NCBI GenBank assembly: GCA_050230475.1
Contig: JBFLGF010000106.1
Location: 57,230-77,229 of the forward strand
Source: Ancylonema sp.
Lineage: Eukaryota
Direction: 5' to 3'
DNA: 20,000 nt
Part shown: piece by piece, positions 10,263 through 20,000 of the stretch
How positions within the stretch are numbered: the first letter of the stretch is position 1
Layout of the letters: each line of letters begins with the position of its first letter
The notes under the pieces: generated by a model
Seen by the model: the letters and a program-made list of their open reading frames with translations, nothing else
The model's database searches: none
Told to the model about the DNA's origin: nothing
Program-made: the position numbers and the translations under genes

Positions 10263-11326
10263 CCCTATGTACATGCTTTCCTGCTTTGCTTCGATACCGA
10301 CTGACCTCAACAACCTGTGCCCTACTCAGGGGGATACAATCGTCACCCTGAATAAAAACCCTAAAAACACCGTTCCCCTACCCACCAGGTAGACCTCCTC
10401 CCCGAGGGCACCAATCTGGAGGCGGTTGGCGACTGGATCATCGAAACTGTGATGCGCAAAAAACTGAAGCAAGTCTTGTGCCCTCCCCCTCCCCCACATA
10501 CTACCACACGTCCTCAACCCCCCCCCCCCCCCCTGTGCAGTGTCACCAGCGTCCACCTCAGCAGTGCCAAAGCCCACACCGGGATCGCATCGGTGGCAGC
10601 TGCCATCAACAAGGAGAGACAGGTAGGAAGCTTCCTCCCCGCCTTCCTGGGCGCTTTCTGACATACAACTGGGGGGGGTGGTGGGGGGGGGGAACAGGGC
10701 AGGGACGTGTACGTCCTGGTAGGGTTTATCGTCCACTGGTCAGGGCTGGGGTTGGGGATCGATTTAGGGTTTAAGGGTCAGGGAGGAACGGGTTTTGGGT
10801 TTGCAGGGAGCAGCCAATGTGGGGAAGTCCGCTTTTGTCAGCGCTCTCCTGGGTAGGTTGGCTCACCCCCCTGAGCCCCCCCCACCACACCGTCTTTTCT
10901 TTACTTCAGTACTACATTGCTTTATTTGTTTGTTTGTTGGTTTGGTTTTTCAGTCGTAAAAATCCGGCAACTATCAAATGTATGAAATAAAATCCTTGAT
11001 TCATTGCTCATGTTTGATTCTTCTGCTCTCTATATGCATCTTCTTGTTTTGCATCTATCATTTATCAATTATTAATTATCATTTAGAATCAATCATTCAT
11101 TATTTATAGACTGTAATTTAGAATCGATCAATCCATATTTCATCATTCATAATCAACAAAAAAAATCGTTTTTTTAAATCACGTGCTTCGTAAAATTTTC
11201 CCGTTCCACGTGTGCTTCCTCCCCCTCACCAAATTCCACGTCAACTCACCACCCTCCACCCTCCCATCCTCCCATCCTCCCATCCTCCCATCCTACGAAC
11301 CCCCCCTTTATTCTGTCTTCTGGTGT
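10263..11326 (+). pseudogene. NOA1: Duplicated NOA1 fragment A (copy of 5523-6586: end of intron 3, exons 4-7, most of intron 7), placed after fragment B
   Basis: Offset 4740. Starts CCCTATGTACATG and ends ..CTTCTGGTGT. The ORF translations are identical to those at 5586-6034. Confidence 0.9.
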
Positions 11327-12405
11327 AAATAATTTTTTTCATGTGGTATCGAAGGGCGTATGTTTTTCGCCAACCTTTTTTGGGTGATGTGAATAGAAAT
11401 GCTGCTTTACAGTTTCCTGCATTCTTTAAATTGGAAAAAGAATTCACATCGAACATGCATGTTGTATGTTGTAGGTTGTAGATGATGATTGTGCTTTTTT
11501 CAGTATCACTTGTGTACACATTTGTCAGCAATTCGGTGGTAGTGCTTGCCACAAAGAATATTCCTCATCCTGAGGGAAAGAGTTGAAAATGTTGTTCGTT
11601 TCACTCCTTGTTTTCGGTAAACACTTTGCATTCTACATTACCTTCTGAATCTCTGTATACAAAACTGGGAAATAACATTCCAAGCAATCGTAAAGTCCCA
11701 CTATCCTAAAATAATCAATCCCAAAAGTTTCCTTCTTTTCACTTCGTACTTTTCACCATGACTCAGCTTCTCTCCTCTTACCAGCAACGTCAGTGGTTGC
11801 GTTAGGCCAGATGTGCGAGGTGGGTGGTGTGTGAGACACGCGTGTTCATGTTTTGTGTTTGTTTCACTGCTTGTGTTTGTAGTTGGCAGAATATGGTCGC
11901 TATACCAACCCTGGTATTTTTGCCACTTTTGCCAAATTTGGTTACCTTCGCCAATTTTGCTACTTTTGCAATTTCTGCCGAAAAACCAAAAAGCTTTATG
12001 ACTAGAGATGGTGTCTAATATGTTCGCATAGGGCATATGGTCTGACATGCATGCACATCTCAGTGCAACGTCCACTAAGGTGTAAGAACATGTACAACTC
12101 AATCCACGTACATCTTGTTGTTGCCTATGTTTGTTTCATACTTACTTCCGTACCGTCTGCACACACATGCTTTTTTGTACGACACTGTGGTTGTGCACTC
12201 ACACATGTGTCTACGAAACCCAGACTATCTTGACTACCTTGACTACTTGACTCCCTTTCTGCCTACTCTGCATATTCCGCCTTTATGTCTATTCTGCCCG
12301 AAGCCCTTTCTGCCTCTTCTGCCTGCATCTGTTTTCCACAACCTGCTCCATCTGCTCCTCCTCTCTTCCAACGCTGGTATTCTCTTTGTCTGGGTGTGGG
12401 TGCAG

Positions 12406-15400
12406 ATGATTCTGGACGTGTACTTCAAGCCCAGGTGGCACCAATACCGCGCTGCCACCTGGATCGAGGAGTGCCACCGAGCTGAGTCAGCGTCCACCAT
12501 CGAAATACTGCTCAAGGTACAAAGAAGGGGGAGAAGAAGAAGAAGTAGATGAATACGTGGAGTAAGACAAGTAAGACTGGTAAGACTGGAAAGTAGACCA
12601 GATACGGAAATGATGAAATGGCAGAGAATGGCGGAATGGCAGAATGGCAGGATGGCAGAAATGAAAGACCTGGACTTAGTGACAGAAATGGCGGATATGG
12701 TAGAGAAGGCAGAAATGGCAGAAAAGGCAGAAAGCAGAGGTCAGTGACTTCGGCCCAACGATTTCATCAAAGACTTCTCCTTCCCGCCTGCCCTCTTCGG
12801 AAATGACCAGGAAGTTACCTCCAACGTCCTCTGGAGCAAGCAGTCCCACTTTTGGACAGAGAAGGAGCAGCCGAGTGGTCCGGAAAGGATGACGTGGAAG
12901 GAGCCGTGGACGCGTGCGTGGACGGTCTGGAGAGACCGATCTCGACTGCCAGATCCGAAACCAGGGGCTGAGAACGGGGCAGACCAGAAGGGGGGGTGGA
13001 AGGGACCCCTTTTGCCGGGGAATGGCGATCTCAGCATTGTGCCATTTGACTTAGATGCCGCAATGCAGAGGGGGGGGGTTGGGGCGGGGGTGTGTCATGC
13101 CGTCGTGGTACGGGGTCACCAGTGCACGTTTATGCCCAAGTGGGGGGAGAAGTTCTGCTGGAAGCATGGGAGTGGGGCACAGGCCAGGGGGGGGGGGAGG
13201 GGGGCGGGGAAGGGGGGGGAGAAGGGGGCAGTACCGAATTGGAAGCGATGTCGGTGGGGTGTGGAGGAGGGGGAGGGGAGCAGGTGTGAGAGGAGGAAAA
13301 GGGATGGGCAGCACCTGTGCGGTGTGCACTCGCGGGTAGGGAAGGGAAGAGAGGGGAAGAAGGGTAGGAAGGTGGAGGAGAAAGAGGCGGAGGAGGAGGA
13401 AGAGGAAGAGGAGGAGGAGGAGGAGGAGGAGGAGGAGGAGGAGGAAGGGGGGGGGTGGAAGGAGGGGGGGGAATGGGAGGAGGGGGATTTGAATGAGAGA
13501 TGTACGGAGATGGGGGGGGAGGCAGGGAGGAGGTGCAAGAGAAGGAAGGCAGTGGGAGGGGAGGTTTGCAGGAGGCATGTCTTATCTCACAAGGGTGGAG
13601 AGGGAGGAAGAGTGGGATTGGGGGTGGTGCGACAGCTGGCACCAGAGGAGCAGAGGTGCGTTGCTGTGGTGAGAGGGCTTGGACCCCGTCAAAGGTGTGG
13701 GGGGTATCGGGTGGAGGGTTCGATGTGGTGCGGTGATCATGTGGTGGAGGGGGGGGCGATTGCGGGGAGGGGGGGGGAGTACACAGGGGCAGGGAGGGTG
13801 CCAGATCACCTCAGGTGCTTGTTTGAGGTGGAGAGGGGGGGGTACCAGTCGCTGTGTGGGAGGGAGAGGAGGGAGGGGGCATTGTATTGCGTCAAACATG
13901 TGGATGGGAAGGGGAGGGAGGCAGAGGGGGGAAGGGGGGGGGAGGAGAAAAGGAAGAGGAGGAGGAAGAGAAAGGTTGTGGACATGGAGGGGTGGAAAGA
14001 GGGGGAGGAGGAGGACAGGTGTCCTGCCATGAAGGTGTCGCGAGAAGGGGGGAGGTGTACCGCGGTTCGGTCGAGGGGGTTGGAGTTCTGCAAAAAGCAT
14101 ATGAACAGAGAGAAGAGAATGGCAGTCCGGGGGGGGGGAGGGGAGGGGGAGAGGAAGGGGGAGGGAGCAGGGGAGGATCTGGCAACAGTTGTAGCAAGGG
14201 GGATGTTGGAAAGAGTTGGGGAGGGGGAGGAGGTGGGTCACATCGCTGGAGCGAGAGATGCGGTGCTCAAGTATCTGCACGGGTGGGCAACGGAGAAGGA
14301 GGGGGGGGAGGCGCTGGTGGTGCGATCGGAGTGGCTGGATGAGATTGTGGAGGAAGCTGCGGGGAACCTTCCGATGGCAGAGAAGATGGCAGAAGTCGTG
14401 GTTGGGATGTTGGACAGACTTTTGCCGGCTGTGAAAGCGGCAGAAATGAAACCTGAGACGGAAGAGGTGGCAGAAAGGAGGCCGAGAAAGAAGGCGAGGA
14501 GGGTTGTTGGGGCAGGTGGGGAGGGAGGGGGGGGCGAGGGGGCGGCCAAAAAATCGGTTCGTTGCCAGACGTGCAAATCGAAGTTTTCGGCGAGGTGGCG
14601 GTTTCTGAGACATAAACGCAGCAAGGGGTGTGCAGAGAAAAAGGGTGGGGAGGGTGGGGAGGGTGGGGTGGGTGGAGTCCGGAAGGGGTTCAAGTGCCGG
14701 CTGTGTGGGGAGAGCTTCACTTCCCTGCCTGGTCTGGGCAGGCACTATAAAGGGGAGCATCCGGAGGAAGTGGAGAAGAGAAATTTGAGGAAGGAGGAGA
14801 GAGGGAGGAGGGAGAAGAGGAAGAGGGTCACCACTTTGCCCAACCGGTTCAGAGAGGCGGCTGGGGTGGGTGGGGAAGGGCGACAAATGAAGCTGGAGGG
14901 GTCCCCGGGAGATGCGGAGGTTCTGCTGCAAGCGGAGAACTGGTGCTGCTTGGCACAGGTCACCCGGGCGCTTCGGCAGCAGTACCCTGAGGCTGGGCCG
15001 GGGCTGGAGGAGAGGGCTGGGGAGGTGTGTAGGGGGGCGAGGCTGGGGCTGGAAACGATATGCAAAGGGGGTTGTACAGGGAGGGGGAAAGGGAGTGCCT
15101 CCAAGTTTGCTGTCAGGAGGGGGGGGGGGCAAGGGAGAGGGAGAGGGAGGGGAGGGGGCCATGGGACAGGTGGGAGATTGGCACGTGCGCCAGCTGTCAA
15201 GGTGGGGATTCCAACGGAGGTCGACTTTTGGGACGCAGATCCAGAGGAAAATGGAGCAGGGATGGTAAAGGGGGAAAGGGGGGAGGGGGGGGAGGGTGGG
15301 GTGGCTCTGAAGGGGGGAGGGGAGAGGGGGAGAGTGGTTTTGTGTGAGGACATGAGTCGGGGGCAGGAGAAGGTGGCAGTGCCATGTGTCCTGGATGACG

Positions 15401-17200
15401 TGGAGCCCTGTGAGTGCGCCAGCTGTCAAAAACAGGACAAGGAGGGGGAGGCGGTGGACAGCTGGAAGGTGGTGGGGGGTTTCGAGTACATCCGGAGTCG
15501 GAAGATGGAGGAGGCTCTGGGGGTGAACTCAAAGGACTCTCAGCTCCCCTGCCAGTGCGCCGGGGCGGTGTGCGACCCTGTGACGTGCTGCCACGTGGCG
15601 CTGTTCAACGAGGACAACGTGGATGCGAGGGACATGTATGGGGAGCCCCTGAAGGGGCGGTTCGCGTACGACATAGGCGGCTGTCTGGTGCTGCAGGAGA
15701 AGCAGCTCATCTATGAGTGCAACGCCCTCTGCGGCTGCTCGCTCCTGTGCCCCAACCGGGTGGTGCAGAAGGGGGTGCTATGCCGAATGGAGGTGTTTCG
15801 GACCAGGCACAAGGTTGGGGCGGGGGATGGGGGCTGCAGTTTGAATCAGGGTTGGCGTGGTTGGGATTCTGGAGAACAAGATGTTTATGAATTGAGAGGG
15901 GTATGAGGCGTTGTGTCTGAGGGATCCAGCTGTGCCTCCCCTTTGCTCCACTCTTAGGTGCTGATTTCGATCGAAAGTAAAGGGGGGGGATGGGCTGGGT
16001 GGGTTGGGTTTAGGGTTGGGCAGTGCGTGCGGCGCAAAGCATTCCCCGCGGCACCTTCATCTGCGAGTATGTCGGGGAAGTGATCGACGACCAGGAGGCA
16101 GAGAGGAGGGGGGAGAGGTGAGACTAAGGGGGTGGGTGCCACTGGTTGCGAATGCTACAAGTGTGCGAGTTTGTCTCCTGGTTGGTCAGGTACGACGCAG
16201 AAGGTCTCAAGTACTTGTACAACATCGATCAGCATATGGACGAGGGGGCGCATGCGAGAGGGGTGCGCCCGTTCGTTATAGATGCGACTCGAACCGGAAA
16301 TGTTGCAAGGTTTATCAATCATAGGTGAAGTGGGGCCGGGGTCACAAAGGGGTGGGGTTCAGGTCTAAGAGTTCGGAGAAAAAGGGAGGAATGAGTGGAG
16401 AGCTGTATTACTTGTCGACATAGGTTTTGAGAGAGTACACATTCTCTTTATGAGCCTGTGAAGTGAGTTCTTTGCTTTTACAATTTGCAAATTCTGATGT
16501 TCGATTGTGGGAGAGAGCAATGATGGGAGGGTTTGATTTGAGGATTTTTTTTTTTTTTTTTTTTTTTTTTTCCTGAGTGTGGTATATTTGATGATGAAGC
16601 AAAGTTATTTGGAGAAGGTTATGGGAGCAGCTGTTGATGAGTGGGGAGGCTGATTGGGGGTCGCAGTTGTGATCCAAATCTGGTGAACTACGAGGTGTTG
16701 GTCGAGAGTTTGGACTACCAGCTCGCTCACATAGCCCTTTTCGCGCTGCGAGATGTAAGCGGCCTCAGATGATCGTTGTAGAAAAAAAAGGGGTGAGAGA
16801 AGCAAGGGTATTTTGGTTTTTAACGTAAATATTTTATGGTGACAAGCCAGATTTAGACTCATGCATGTCTTGGATTTGATTTCTTGAGGTTGCACATATG
16901 AGTATACCGGATTCTATATGTATGATGGCACTACTAGTGCCAAGGACATTATGTGGGGGCCTGAGAGTAATGTGATGGTGTGGTTGGGTGTGGATAGATT
17001 TTATCGCCATGCTTGTATATAATTATAAAGGTTGTTGGACATTGGATGTTTCGCTCGCACCTAATGGTGTGACTGGAGTGATGGGGGTGCAGATTCGAAG
17101 AGGAGAAGAATTGGCGTACAACTACCATTACAAGTTAGAGGCTGGAAAGGGATGCCCGTGTCATTGTGGTGCACTAAATTGTCGAGGGAGGCTATACTAA
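12406..17200 (+). CDS. SUVR5: SUVR5-like histone H3K9 methyltransferase (C3H fingers, C2H2 fingers, pre-SET/SET/post-SET); 5' end not resolved
   Basis: Exons 12406-12516 ([30 protein letters not shown]), 12811-15813, 16014-16117 ([23 protein letters not shown]), 16190-16324 ([16 protein letters not shown]), 16667-16754 ([29 protein letters not shown]), 17093-17200 ([21 protein letters not shown]), 3549 nt in phase. Pre-SET features [46 protein letters not shown]...CPNRVVQKG match recalled SUVR5. Confidence 0.9.
12617..12740 (+). repeat. Degenerate 8-9-mer minisatellite (AATGGCAGA) in a SUVR5 intron; reverse-complement versions at about 11917-11980 and 12256-12325
   Basis: aatggcagag aatggcgg aatggcag aatggcagg atggcagaa..ggcagaaatggcagaaaaggcagaaagcagagg, versus tttctgcc/ttttgcca units upstream. 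Confidence 0.7.
13390..13446 (+). repeat. GAG/GAA trinucleotide run encoding 19 consecutive Glu in SUVR5
   Basis: Read directly; E19 in the 1005-aa ORF. Confidence 0.95.
16545..16571 (+). repeat. Poly-T homopolymer (27 nt) in a SUVR5 intron
   Basis: Read directly. Confidence 0.95.
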
Positions 17201-18053
17201 TAACTTCAGTTAAACAAGTAGGGTGGCCATATGGAGTAGCGTTTGGAAACGACAGAATTTATGTGACTTATCGCAGCATCCATTTTATTCTCAATTAGTA
17301 GATGTCACCAATTTTAATGGTGTCACGTTATGCACTTAGCGCTTAGGTCGACATGTTAGATCGAAGTTCTGTGGATTGGTCATTGCATTTGCATTTTTTT
17401 ATGAAAAGGAGGGACGTGATGCGCATTGAAATTGTTCGATTTAATAGCCACCCCACTCGCAAGTATTGACGATGGTATAATACGGTGATACACTAGAAGA
17501 CGGGTGGCTACATGGTATTAGAAGGAACAAAAGCATTGCTTTGGCTATTTTGGTCTCTTGTGCAAGCATCGATATGCACGAAATGATGACAATGATACGA
17601 GTTTGTAGAACTTTGTAGTACCATGATACCATGAAGCCAGATAGCTTGTCTACATGTCTACACTTGCAACACAATCAAATGACTTTGATAACCTCATAAC
17701 TATACAAATTTGCTTTCCTTCTTCACACACCACCACAATGTATGCCAACGGAAGTGACGTCCATTCCGCACAAGAAATGGAGTCACAAACAACAGAAATC
17801 AGCAACAAAGAACAAAGACAGGAAGGAGAGGACAACACGTACAATTCTCATCTCCATCTAATTTGCTCCCTCTATCGTTGATAAGGTGCAGCCCAGTCCT
17901 CAAACGGCTCTCTGAACATTCCAAACACTCTAGTGCTGAGCCGCCGCGCGTTGACATGTCCCTCCATTGTCGCATTCCTTCTGTGAGATGGCGACTAGAG
18001 TCCATCCCCAGAGTCCTACTTCAAGCCGACAACAATCCGCCAGCTGGCACCTT

Positions 18054-19191
18054 CTACTCATAGGAGCCCTCATTAAGAGGAGACTCTGCAAAATTTTTTG
18101 TTGCCTGAGTCACTGCATGACCAACTGCCTGTGATAACCTCTCAGCCAAAAGCGCTGCTGAACTCTCTCCAGACTGGTGCAGCTGCGCCACTGCTTCAGT
18201 ACCCGCAACTTGCTCCAGCAGTTGGTAAGCAGCTCGGCTCGCAACAATTCGTCGGAATCTTCTTGGCTTCATTCTACTCCCAGCCTTCCCTACTGCGTCT
18301 GCTGCTTCTGAGAAATGAAGGATGGAGCTCACAAAGGTGGATGCCAACACACCTGCCTCCTCTCCACACCTGGGACAGGAAGAAGAAAAGACTGACAACT
18401 CTGAGATTGATTGCTTTGAAAGGCAAAACAGAGGTAAACGGTCCGCAATCCTGGTCTTCTTGATGTAGGTTACGGACACAAAAACAGCGCAGTGAACCTA
18501 ACAAACCAGCGTTCTCGCTCCAAATTCTTCTTTGCAAAATGTTATAGAAGCAAACAAGCGAGATCAGCGACATCTCACTGCAGGCATAAGGCCACATGAT
18601 GATTCGATTCTCTGAGAGCAAATACATGCAGCACTGCAGCTACTTTGACAGAACATTCACTCAGTACTGATCGAAGAGAAAGAAACGCACATGCACCTGT
18701 AACGAATCAAATGTACAGCAAAAGCACCTCCGCAAACAATGAGCCTCTTCTCTGTCTCAGCGATCGCCTTCTTCAATCGCCAGAACGCCTCCATTGTGGC
18801 TATCGCAACAAGGCTAGCTTGAACAACTGCTGGCGAGCAGTGACATCCATTCAGTCCGGTAAGAGCTGCTTTGGAAACAGGCCTCGCAAGCTGGCAGGCT
18901 GCTTCCACGGTCTTCCCCTTCAAATCTAGCCCAGTCTTTTCTGCCTGTATGCTGGCTTTCTTTATGTAGTGTACAGCAGATGTCACCACAGGTGTCGCGT
19001 TGAAGCTCACTTTCTCTAGAACAAGCTTCCTGCTGCGCAAGCGATTCGGTGTTCTTCCCACAGGCAGAGCTCTAATGCACTCAGTCAACTTCCAAACCAT
19101 ACCCTTCCCATGCGCGGAGACCATCCTTACCGCTCCAGCAAGTAGGCGGGAACCACACTCAATCGCTACTGCCACTCTATACCCAGGACCA
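18054..19191 (-). CDS. Unidentified Ala/Leu-rich, probably helical (possibly ARM-like) protein; 3' exons only, interrupted by the N gap
   Basis: Open frame from the gap down to 18697 (..IVCGGAFAVHLIRYR), GT donor at 18696, pyrimidine-rich acceptor TTCTTCCTGTCCCAG ending at 18370, and an in-phase exon 18369-18054 (CGEEAGVLASTFVSSILHFSEAADAVGKAG...SYE*). No diagnostic motif recognised. Confidence 0.5.
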
Positions 19192-19192
19192 N

Positions 19193-20000
19193 AAACGGCT
19201 CTCTGAACATTCCAAACACTCTAGTGCTGAGCCGCCGCGCGTTGACATGTCCCTCCATTGTCGCATTCCTTCTGTGAGATGGCGACTAGAGTCCATCCCC
19301 AGAGTCCTACTTCAAGCCGACAACAATCCGCCAGCTGGCACCTTCTACTCATAGGAGCCCTCATTAAGAGGAGACTCTGCAAAATTTTTTGTTGCCTGAG
19401 TCACTGCATGACCAACTGCCTGTGATAACCTCTCAGCCAAAAGCGCTGCTGAACTCTCTCCAGACTGGTGCAGCTGCGCCACTGCTTCAGTACCCGCAAC
19501 TTGCTCCAGCAGTTGGTAAGCAGCTCGGCTCGCAACAATTCGTCGGAATCTTCTTGGCTTCATTCTACTCCCAGCCTTCCCTACTGCGTCTGCTGCTTCT
19601 GAGAAATGAAGGATGGAGCTCACAAAGGTGGATGCCAACACACCTGCCTCCTCTCCACACCTGGGACAGGAAGAAGAAAAGACTGACAACTCTGAGATTG
19701 ATTGCTTTGAAAGGCAAAACAGAGGTAAACGGTCCGCAATCCTGGTCTTCTTGATGTAGGTTACGGACACAAAAACAGCGCAGTGAACCTAACAAACCAG
19801 CGTTCTCGCTCCAAATTCTTCTTTGCAAAATGTTATAGAAGCAAACAAGCGAGATCAGCGACATCTCACTGCAGGCATAAGGCCACATGATGATTCGATT
19901 CTCTGAGAGCAAATACATGCAGCACTGCAGCTACTTTGACAGAACATTCACTCAGTACTGATCGAAGAGAAAGAAACGCACATGCACCTGTAACGAATCA
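19193..20000. repeat. Direct copy of 17902-18709 beginning immediately after a single N at 19192; continues beyond the window
   Basis: Offset 1291; ORFs at 18054/19345, 18098/19389 and 18274/19565 are identical. Confidence 0.97.

Noticed and set aside
10060..10392. Chimeric ORF across the B-A junction as a new functional permuted GTPase
   Set aside because: It reads from exon 11 into intron-3 sequence and stops; the copy lacks a start, the zinc motif, most of G4 and the exon-8 acceptor.
12540..12740. CRISPR-like repeat-spacer array
   Set aside because: Short degenerate 8-9-mers without unique spacers, inside a eukaryotic intron.
13582..15429. 615-aa minus-strand ORF and other overlapping ORFs
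   Set aside because: Pro/Leu/His-rich shadows of the G-skewed SUVR5 exon, whose + frame carries all recognisable domains.
17441..18063. Short ORFs on both strands downstream of SUVR5
   Set aside because: No motifs or consistent splice signals; likely 3' UTR or intergenic sequence.

Overview
Eukaryotic, intron-rich nuclear DNA, most likely from a green plant or streptophyte alga (inferred from plant-type homologues and G/C-run-rich introns; not proven). I read four genes by splicing exons by hand. (1) The 3' end of a UBP15-19-like ubiquitin-specific protease with an unexpected C-terminal SEC-C motif, present twice with a 1841-bp period. (2) An 11-exon NOA1/RIF1 (YqeH-type circularly permuted GTPase) gene at 3822-8095, whose G4 lysine codon reads TAG. 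(3) A SUVR5-like H3K9 SET-domain methyltransferase at 12406-17200 with six WRC-like C3H fingers. (4) An unidentified minus-strand gene at about 18054-19191. Much of the window is near-identical duplication: 1-1500 = 1842-3341; a circularly permuted (B-A) copy of NOA1 5523-8015 at 8865-11326; and 17902-18709 = 19193-20000 across a single-N gap. Whether these duplications are biological or assembly redundancy cannot be decided from the sequence alone. Homologue sequences quoted are recalled, not searched.
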